From: Candidatus Methylomirabilia bacterium
Lineage (GTDB): Bacteria > Methylomirabilota > Methylomirabilia > Rokubacteriales > CSP1-6
DNA length: 14,128 nucleotides
Reading direction: 5' to 3'
Assembly: GCA_041496385.1 (NCBI GenBank)
Contig: JBGQEL010000115.1
Span: 1 to 14,128, forward strand
A model generated the notes under the pieces. The model was not told where the DNA came from. It did not search any database and worked only from the letters and a program-made list of their open reading frames with translations. Made by a program: the position numbers and the translations under genes. Shown in pieces: positions 1 to 5,979 of this stretch (within the stretch, counting starts at the first letter, position 1; each line of letters opens with the position of its first letter).

Positions 1-140
1 AGCGCCCGGGCCTCCGCGGCCGTGAGCTCGTCGGGGTGGCGTCTGGAGATCGCCTCGGCACGACAGTGGACGCAGGCGAGCGCGCAGGCGCGCGTCGCCT
101 CCCAGATGACGATGAACGGCGCGCGGTCGAAGGGGCTCAC
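1..140 (-). CDS. Radical SAM/SPASM protein of the Ahb/NirJ-like group (resembles TIGR04053/BA_1875 family); only the N-terminal 46 codons are in the window
   Basis: Not in the ORF track. GTG at 140-138 overlaps the TGA of the upstream gene (GTGA). It translates MSPFDRAPFIVIWEATRACALACVHCRAEAISRRHPDELTAAEARA..., with a CxxxCxxC motif (C19/C23/C26) in the WExTRACxLxCxHCRA context, and runs off the window edge. Confidence 0.88.
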   Translation of the reverse strand, partial: MSPFDRAPFIVIWEATRACALACVHCRAEAISRRHPDELTAAEARA

Positions 141-1444
141 GGCGCGGCCGCTCGGGCGGGCACGGGACCGCGGCGCCGCGTGGCGCACGGCGCCAGGTGG
201 TGGAGGACGCGCGCGAGCGACGTGACGAACGCGAGCGCGCCGAGCGTCACGAGAGCGCCGGCGGCGCGGATCCACGCGGCCTCGCCCGCGAGGAGCGCCG
301 CGGCGAGCGCGAGCATGCCGCCGGTCAGGAGGCAGGCGGCGGCGCCCTCGGCCGCGGGCCACGAGAGCTGCGCGAGCGTTGGCACGGGCTCTCTGCCGAC
401 CCGCGGCGCGTAGACCCGGTACCAGACGAGGAAGGGGACGATCTTCCACATCATGCCGGCGATCGTGAGCGACACCCAGCCGCCGAGCGCCAGGACGGCG
501 TAGGCGAGCGACCAGCGCGGCCCGCCGGCGAGATCGAAGGCGAGCGCGAGGCCGAGCGCCGTGGCGGGGAGGAGGAACGCCACCGCGGCGAGCGCGAGCC
601 TGAGGCCCCAGTCGAGCGCCGGCCGCCTGCGCGCGCGCGCGAGGGCGAACGTCCAGCGCGCGTGGGCGAGCGCCGCCGCGGCCACGGCGAGCGCGCCCAC
701 GGGCACGAGGGCGGGGAGGGCCAGAAGGCCCACGACGACGAGCGGCGCGCCGGCGGCGACGCCCCAGAGCTGGACGCGCCCGGGCCAGCCGCCCGGCTCG
801 GCGGCCAGCATGAACATCGGATAGACGCGCGCGGAGACGCCCAGCACGATCGGCATCACCCAGCCGAGGAGCGCCAGATGGAAATGGGCGTGGAGCGTCG
901 GGAGGAGGGCGCCCGGCAGAACCTTCCACACGCGGTCCACGGCGAGCAGCGCGCCGAAGACGGTGGTCGCGCCGAGGCCGGCGAGGGCGAGCGCCATGAG
1001 GCGTGCCGTGAGCGTCCAGCGGACGAGCCCGCGGAGGGAGAGCGTGACGTTCAGGAGATGGAGGGCGACGCCGAGCGCCAGGAGGGTGGCGGACCAGAGG
1101 AGACCGGGCCAGCGGCCGATCGCGAAATGCGCGACCATGCCGGCGACGCCGGTGACGACGCTCACGAACTGCCAGCGCGCCACCCGCTCGCTCCAGACCG
1201 GCCGCTCGAAGACGATCGGCACGAGCTGGTAGGTGGCGCCCATGATCGTGAGCGTGATCCAGCCGAGCGTCACGGTATGCGTGAGGGCCAGGAGGCGCGG
1301 GTGGTAGTAGTGGCCCGCCAGCTCGCGCGCGAGCCACGGGACCGCCCCCGTCGCCAGCGCGAAGGCGACGGTCGCGGCGACGAGATAACGGAGCGGCAGC
1401 GTCCCGGACGGCGGCCGGCCCGCGCTCGGGCGCGGTGCGCTCAC
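137..1444 (-). CDS. Polytopic membrane protein (about 12 TM), heme-copper oxidase subunit I-like/NnrS-like fold, function unknown
   Basis: 435 aa and very hydrophobic. Three internal repeats centred on GW (HTVTLGW, HAHFHLALLGW, YAVLALGGW), each followed by G...P. GTGA overlaps at both ends. It lacks the HPxVY and HH CuB motifs of a true oxidase. Confidence 0.75.
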   Translation of the reverse strand: MSAPRPSAGRPPSGTLPLRYLVAATVAFALATGAVPWLARELAGHYYHPRLLALTHTVTLGWITLTIMGATYQLVPIVFERPVWSERVARWQFVSVVTGVAGMVAHFAIGRWPGLLWSATLLALGVALHLLNVTLSLRGLVRWTLTARLMALALAGLGATTVFGALLAVDRVWKVLPGALLPTLHAHFHLALLGWVMPIVLGVSARVYPMFMLAAEPGGWPGRVQLWGVAAGAPLVVVGLLALPALVPVGALAVAAAALAHARWTFALARARRRPALDWGLRLALAAVAFLLPATALGLALAFDLAGGPRWSLAYAVLALGGWVSLTIAGMMWKIVPFLVWYRVYAPRVGREPVPTLAQLSWPAAEGAAACLLTGGMLALAAALLAGEAAWIRAAGALVTLGALAFVTSLARVLHHLAPCATRRRGPVPARAAAP

Positions 1445-2223
1445 GCGCCGCCCCGCCTCTCGACGGCGATGCGCACCACGCCCGGCTCGGGCTCGTCGGT
1501 GGCATGGACGAACCCGCGCTCGTCGAGCAGGGGATAGAGGAGCATCGGGCGTCGGTCGTGGATCACCTCGAGTCGCTCGCCCGGTTGCAGACCCTCGAGC
1601 GCCTCGAGCACGAGGACCATGGGCCCGGGGGGCTCGAGGCCGCGCACGTCGACGACCGTGGGCCGGCGCTCAGGACGATAGAACCAGACCGTCCAGTCGT
1701 CGGCGCCGCGGTGCTCGGTCCAGTGGGCCAGCCCCCGCTTGCCGAGCACATCGTAGAGGGGGATCGGCTCGAAGGGCGCGCGGAGCACCAGCACCTGCCG
1801 CTCGCCCAGGGCTGTCGTGGCGGCCATGATGCGAGCGAAGGGCTCCTGGCCCCGCCGGATGTCCTCGCGCACGTCGAGATCGATGCGCGCAGCCGGAAGG
1901 AGCGCGTCGAGCTCCGCCGGCCTCGCGGGCGTCGGAGCCGGGCCGGCGGAGGGCCGGGGCAGGACGGCGGGCGTGGCTTCGGCGCCGGGAGCCTCGACCT
2001 GCGGACCGCTCTCGCCGACGACTCGACGAATCACGGCGATGAGCTCCTCGGGCGCGATCCCCGCGACGCCGGCCGCCTGGGCGAGCGTCACGCGTGGCGC
2101 CATCACGCGCCGGAGCTTCGGATCGCGCAGGCGCGCGAAATGGGCGTGGTAGCCGGCGAGCACGTCGACCAGCGCCGGGTGCGCCTCGAGCAGCGGGCCG
2201 AGGAGCGTGTCGTCGGAGATCAC
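1441..2223 (-). CDS. DUF1858 + tandem DUF2249 (TusA/SirA-like) domain protein
   Basis: Start re-called to GTG at 2223 (GTGA overlap with the upstream stop), giving 260 aa. The N-terminus (ISDDTLLGPLLEAHPALVDVL...LRRVMAPRVTLAQAA) fits DUF1858. A Pro/Ala linker is followed by LDVREDIRRGQEPF...APFEPIPLYDVL and VDVRGLEPPGPM...HDRRPMLLYPLL, both DUF2249-like. Confidence 0.8.
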   Translation of the reverse strand: MISDDTLLGPLLEAHPALVDVLAGYHAHFARLRDPKLRRVMAPRVTLAQAAGVAGIAPEELIAVIRRVVGESGPQVEAPGAEATPAVLPRPSAGPAPTPARPAELDALLPAARIDLDVREDIRRGQEPFARIMAATTALGERQVLVLRAPFEPIPLYDVLGKRGLAHWTEHRGADDWTVWFYRPERRPTVVDVRGLEPPGPMVLVLEALEGLQPGERLEVIHDRRPMLLYPLLDERGFVHATDEPEPGVVRIAVERRGGA

Positions 2224-2477
2224 GCGGTCGCCGCCGCGGCGCGTCGGAGCTCGTCGAGGAGCGTCTCGACGGACACGCCCGCCGCCGCCGCCGCCTCGGC
2301 CAGCGAGAGGTGCCCGCCGCAGCAGTGATTGATGCCCATCGCCTTCAGCGCCTCGAGGGCGGCGGGACTCCTGGCGACGTCCTCGACCTTCTGGTCCGCG
2401 CGATACGCACCCGCGGCCGTGACGCTCGTCGTCCCAGCGCTCGCCTCGTGATGGTGGCAGCCGCACGCGTGAGCCAT
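2220..2477 (-). CDS. Stand-alone DUF542 (ScdA_N / RIC N-terminal-like) protein with a His/Cys-rich N-tail
   Basis: ATG at 2477 has a strong SD (GGAGGGAG) upstream; 85 aa. GINHCCGGHLSLAEAA resembles the GIDFCCGG..SLxEA motif of YtfE/ScdA/Ric N-domains. The N-terminus is MAHACGCHHHE. Confidence 0.8.
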   Translation of the reverse strand: MAHACGCHHHEASAGTTSVTAAGAYRADQKVEDVARSPAALEALKAMGINHCCGGHLSLAEAAAAAGVSVETLLDELRRAAAATA

Positions 2478-2500
2478 GGTGTGTCTCCCTCCTGGGAGAG

Positions 2501-2543
2501 AGCGTACGGCGAGCCGCAGGCCGGTCATATGACCGGGGTCATA
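2501..2543 (-). promoter_or_regulatory. Putative CRP/FNR-family site (TATGA-N6-TCATA, 2528-2543) with a sigma70-type -10 (TACGCT, 2506-2501)
   Basis: The palindrome TATGAC-CGGG-GTCATA has the TGA-N6-TCA core. Its centre (2535.5) is 41.5 nt upstream of the start site (about 2494) implied by the TAnnnT hexamer. Confidence 0.62.
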
Positions 2544-2559
2544 GCGGCGGGTCGAAGCG

Positions 2560-3762
2560 CTAGCCTCCGGCCCCGCCGGGCTCGAGCAGGCCGAGCGTGT
2601 GGCGCGCGATCATCAGCTCCTCGTTCGTCGGGATGACCCACGCCGACGCCGGGGCGTCGGGGAGACTGATGCGCGGCCCGCCGCGCGCGTTCGCCTCGGG
2701 GTCGAGCCGCACGCCGAGCCAGGCGGCGTCCCGGCAGATGCGCTCGCGGATCGTCGCCGCGTGCTCGCCGATCCCCCCGGTGAAGACGAGCGCGTCGAGA
2801 CCGCCGAGCGTCGCCGCCAGGGAGCCGAGCTCGCGACCGACCCGGTAGACGAACACGTCGAGCGCGTGCCGCGCCCGCGGCGCTCCGCTCGCGAGGAGAT
2901 CGCGCACGTCGGCGGAGAGGCCCGACATCCCGAGGAGGCCGGATTTCTTGTAGAGCAGCTCGGTCACGTCGGCGAGGCTCATGCCGCGCTCGCTCATGAG
3001 ATGGAGGATGACGCCGGGATCGATCGCGCCCGGACGCGTCCCCATCGGGAGCCCCTCCAGCGCGGTGAAGCCCATCGTCGTCGCGACCGATCGCCGCGCC
3101 CGGAGCGCGCACATCGAGGCGCCCGCGCCCAGGTGCGCGACGACGACCCGCCCACCGGCGGCGGCGCCGAGGTGCTCGGGCAGCACCGACGCGATGTACT
3201 CGTAGGAGAGGCCGTGGAACCCGTAGCGCCTGATCCCCGCGTCCGCGAGCGCGTACGGGAGCGCGAAGGCCTGGGCCACGGCGGGCTGGCTCGCGTGAAA
3301 GGCGGTGTCGAAGCAGGCCACCTGCGGGAGCGCCGGCTCGAGCTTCGCGAGCGCCCGGATCGCGGCCAGATTGTGCGGCTGGTGGAGCGGCGCCAGCGGC
3401 ACGAGCGCCTCGAGCGCGTCCATGACGTCGGGCTCGACGCGCATCGGCGCCAGGTAGGTCACGCCGCCGTGGACGACGCGGTGGCCCGCCGCCACGAGCA
3501 CCGCGCCCGCTGTGCGCGCGTCGATCCAGGCGAGGATCGTGGCCAGCGCTTCCTCGTGGTCAAGCGCGCCGGTCCGGGAGTCGACCTCCCGCGCCACGAG
3601 CACCGCGCCCGAGGCGTCCCTGGCGACGAAGCGTGGGCGCGCGCCGATGCCGTCGAGCTCGCCGCGCCAGGCGGGCTCGAGGCCACCTTCCGCCCCGATC
3701 CCGAAGCCCGCGAACTTGATGGACGACGAGCCCGCGTTCAGGACCAGGAGGATCCGGCTCAC
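2560..3762 (-). CDS. ackA: Acetate/propionate kinase
   Basis: True start is GTG at 3762 (GTGA overlap with the upstream stop); 400 aa. Motifs present: LNAGSSSIKF, GHRVVHGG, PLAPLH, FDTAFH, RRYGFHGLSY, HLGAGAS, MGFTALEGLPMGTR, FTGGIGE, IPTNEELMIA. Confidence 0.95.
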   Translation of the reverse strand: MSRILLVLNAGSSSIKFAGFGIGAEGGLEPAWRGELDGIGARPRFVARDASGAVLVAREVDSRTGALDHEEALATILAWIDARTAGAVLVAAGHRVVHGGVTYLAPMRVEPDVMDALEALVPLAPLHQPHNLAAIRALAKLEPALPQVACFDTAFHASQPAVAQAFALPYALADAGIRRYGFHGLSYEYIASVLPEHLGAAAGGRVVVAHLGAGASMCALRARRSVATTMGFTALEGLPMGTRPGAIDPGVILHLMSERGMSLADVTELLYKKSGLLGMSGLSADVRDLLASGAPRARHALDVFVYRVGRELGSLAATLGGLDALVFTGGIGEHAATIRERICRDAAWLGVRLDPEANARGGPRISLPDAPASAWVIPTNEELMIARHTLGLLEPGGAGG

Positions 3763-5084
3763 AGCACCGGGCCCCGGCGGGCGTAGAGGAGCGCGACCGC
3801 GCACGACGCCATGCGGGTGAGGGCGCTGTCGGCGCGGCTCGTGAGCACGATCGGCACGCGCGCGCCCAGCACGACGCCCGCGCACTGCGCCTCGCCGAGG
3901 TACTCGAGCTGCTTGGCCAGCATGTTCCCCGACTCGAGGTCGGGGACCACGAGGATGTCGGCGCGCCCGGCGACGGGCGACTCGATGCCCTTGAGCCGCG
4001 CCGCCTCGGGCGAGACCGCGTTGTCGAAGGCGAGCGGGCCGTCCAGGATCCCGCCCGTGATCTGGCCGCGGTCGGCCATCTTGCAGAGCGCCGCGGCGTC
4101 GAGCGTGGACGGCATCTGCGAGTTCAACGTCTCGACCGCCGAGAGGATCGCGACGCGGGGACGCTCGATCCCGAGAACGTGGGCGAGGTCGATGGCGTTC
4201 TGGACGATGTCGCGCTTGGCGTCGAGGCCGGGCGCGATGTTGATCGCCGCGTCGGTGATGAACAAGGGCCGCGCGTAGGTCGGAACGTCGACGACGAAGA
4301 CGTGGCTGATGCGACGCGCGGTGCGGAGCCCCGTCTCCTTGGCGACGACCTCCTGCATCAGCTCGTCGGTGTGGAGGCTGCCCTTCATGAGGGCCTCGGC
4401 CTCGCCCGCTCGGACCAGCGCGACGGCGCGCTCGGCCGCCTCGTGACTGTGTCGGGTCGGCACGAGCCGGTACGGCGCCAGGTCCACGGACTCGGCCTCG
4501 GCGACGGCGCGGATCTTCGCCTCGGGTCCGACGAGGATCGGCACGATGAGCCCGGCCCGCGCCGCGTCCACGGCTCCGAGGAGCGAGTTCCGGTCCACGG
4601 GATGGACGACGGCCGTCGTGAGCGGCGCCAGGCCCTTCGTCAGCTCGATGAGCTTGCGGTGCCGCGCGCCGCGGTCGTACATGTGCACCGTGGGCGGGAC
4701 GGTCCGCGGGCCGTGGATCTTCTCGGTGGGCGCGATCACCTCGGCGGTCCCCTCGATGACGACCTCGCCCTTGTCGTTCACGCAGCGGCAGTCGAGCGTG
4801 ACGCGCTGCTTCGCGGGCGCACGGTCGCTGATCGTGACCGACGCCGTGATCGTGTCGCCCATGCCGACGGGCTTGAGGAAGCGGAGCGTCTGGCCCAGGA
4901 AGATCGAGCCCGGACCCGGGAGCATCGTCCCGATGATCGTGGAGATGAGCGCCCCGCCCGCCTGGCTGACGTCGCCGGACAGCAAAGCGAGGAGCTGGAT
5001 GTCCTCGCGCGTGAGCGTGCGGGTGAGGCTCGCCGAGTCGCCGACCTTGATCTCGTCGAACGTCCGGTTGTCGATCATCTCCAT
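3759..5084 (-). CDS. MaoC-like (enoyl-CoA hydratase) domain fused to phosphate acetyl/butyryltransferase; MaoC catalytic segment apparently deleted
   Basis: ATG at 5084 is preceded by SD GAGGTG; 441 aa. The N-terminal part (NRTFDEIKVGD...LPGPGSIFLGQTLRFLKPV) is hotdog/MaoC-like. The C-terminal part carries PTA_PTB motifs MKGSLHT, TDAAINIAP, DGPLAFDNA, PDLESGNMLAK, PIVLTSRAD. Confidence 0.92.
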   Translation of the reverse strand: MEMIDNRTFDEIKVGDSASLTRTLTREDIQLLALLSGDVSQAGGALISTIIGTMLPGPGSIFLGQTLRFLKPVGMGDTITASVTISDRAPAKQRVTLDCRCVNDKGEVVIEGTAEVIAPTEKIHGPRTVPPTVHMYDRGARHRKLIELTKGLAPLTTAVVHPVDRNSLLGAVDAARAGLIVPILVGPEAKIRAVAEAESVDLAPYRLVPTRHSHEAAERAVALVRAGEAEALMKGSLHTDELMQEVVAKETGLRTARRISHVFVVDVPTYARPLFITDAAINIAPGLDAKRDIVQNAIDLAHVLGIERPRVAILSAVETLNSQMPSTLDAAALCKMADRGQITGGILDGPLAFDNAVSPEAARLKGIESPVAGRADILVVPDLESGNMLAKQLEYLGEAQCAGVVLGARVPIVLTSRADSALTRMASCAVALLYARRGPVL

Positions 5085-5122
5085 CGCTGTCACCTCGGCC
5101 GCGCCCATCCCGGTCCTTGGGG

Positions 5123-5138
5123 TGCAACACGCGTGCCC
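5123..5138 (-). promoter_or_regulatory. Putative sigma54 -24/-12 promoter for the MaoC-pta/ackA operon
   Basis: The minus strand reads GGGCACG-CGTG-TTGCA against the consensus TGGCACG-N4-TTGCW, with exact GG-N10-GC spacing. The implied start site (about 5112) lies upstream of the SD and ATG at 5084. Confidence 0.65.
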
Positions 5139-5276
5139 CGGAGCACGTGGGCGGGAAGGCGCCGACCCGGCGGGCCTTTGGCCACCCTTGCGCCGGTCAC
5201 CCACTGTCCCGCAACTGCCCCAGGCTGGGGTGAGGCTTCCGCACTACCCGGAGTCCTGGCGCGCGCAGCGATCGCT

Positions 5277-5290
5277 AAGATCACGATCTT
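5277..5290. promoter_or_regulatory. Inverted repeat AAGATC-AC-GATCTT, candidate operator/activator site
   Basis: Perfect 6-2-6 palindrome, locally AT-rich within GC-rich DNA, lying between the two divergent sigma54 motifs. Confidence 0.35.
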
Positions 5291-5304
5291 CAGCGTGTCC
5301 GCGG

Positions 5305-5320
5305 TGGCATCGTGGTTGCT
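5305..5320 (+). promoter_or_regulatory. Putative sigma54 -24/-12 promoter for the ba3-type oxidase operon
   Basis: TGGCAT-CGTGG-TTGCT, with GG at 5306-5307 and GC at 5318-5319 separated by exactly 10 nt. Implied start site about 5331, then SD AAGGGGGA and ATG at 5379. Confidence 0.68.
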
Positions 5321-5378
5321 GGCAATCCGACGATGCTCTGCTGAGGCCAGCCGGTCAAGCACAAGGGGGATCCTGACG

Positions 5379-5486
5379 ATGGACGAGAACGAGCACCCGA
5401 AGGGCGCCCTGCTGTTCATGCTGATCTACCTCTTCCTGCTGGCCGCGCTCTGGGGGAACGCGTACCTCAAGCTCTGGAGGGGCTGA
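5379..5486 (+). CDS. cbaD: ba3-type cytochrome c oxidase subunit IIa (single TM, 35 aa)
   Basis: MDENEHPKGALLFMLIYLFLLAALWGNAYLKLWRG has the PKGAL...W...Y...RG pattern of Thermus subunit IIa. It has a good SD and sits directly upstream of subunit II. In the ORF track it is hidden at the end of the 4179..5486 shadow ORF. Confidence 0.88.
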   Translation: MDENEHPKGALLFMLIYLFLLAALWGNAYLKLWRG

Positions 5487-5490
5487 GCCC

Positions 5491-5979
5491 ATGAAGCGGG
5501 GCACCACGATCTACCTCTACGAGCTCGCCTGGATCCTGCCGAGCTTCGCCATTCCGGTCGGCATGCTCGTCGCGCTCGCCGTCACGGCGTTCGGCGCGGG
5601 CATCCACCTCCCGGGGGACGTCGCGCGGATCGATCCGACGAAGGTCGCGCAGACGCCGCCCTTCGACAACCCCGGCGTCGTCGAGCGGGCGCCCGGCGTC
5701 TACGAGGTCCGGATGACCGCGCAGATCTGGTCGTTCGCCCCGGGGGAGATCCGGGTGCCCGCGGGCTCGACCGTGCACTTCTGGGCGACGAGCAAGGACG
5801 TCGTGCACGGTCTCCTGGTTCCGCACGCGAACGTGAACGTGATGCTCCTGCCGGGCCAGATCTCGCACGTCGAAACGCGCTTCGACAGGCCCGGCGAGTA
5901 CCCGATCATCTGTCACGAGTACTGCGGCATCGCCCACCACACGATGGGGGGCAAGATCATCGTGGAGGCCCGGCGATGA
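5491..5979 (+). CDS. cbaB: ba3-type cytochrome c oxidase subunit II (CuA)
   Basis: Single N-terminal TM preceded by YELAW (equivalent to the proton-entry Glu). CuA ligand motifs DVVHG and CHEYCGIAHHTM. Confidence 0.95.
   Translation: MKRGTTIYLYELAWILPSFAIPVGMLVALAVTAFGAGIHLPGDVARIDPTKVAQTPPFDNPGVVERAPGVYEVRMTAQIWSFAPGEIRVPAGSTVHFWATSKDVVHGLLVPHANVNVMLLPGQISHVETRFDRPGEYPIICHEYCGIAHHTMGGKIIVEARR

Noticed and set aside
1441..2466. 341-aa version of the DUF2249 gene
   Set aside because: The extra N-terminal ~80 codons overlap the DUF542 gene in another frame and are low-complexity. GTG 2223 fits the coupling pattern of the operon.
2560..5130. 856-aa ORF suggesting a long N-terminal extension on acetate kinase
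   Set aside because: The first ~456 codons are an Arg/Gly-rich alternative frame of the MaoC-pta gene. AckA motifs begin at the GTG (3762) that overlaps the upstream stop.
5150..5262. Cobalamin-riboswitch-like words (GGGAAGG, ACTGTCCCGCAACTG, GAGTCC)
   Set aside because: The elements are not in canonical order, there is no B12-box ending (AGACCTGCC-like), no B12-related gene follows, and the segment lies upstream of both predicted promoters. An Infernal search with the Rfam cobalamin models would settle it.
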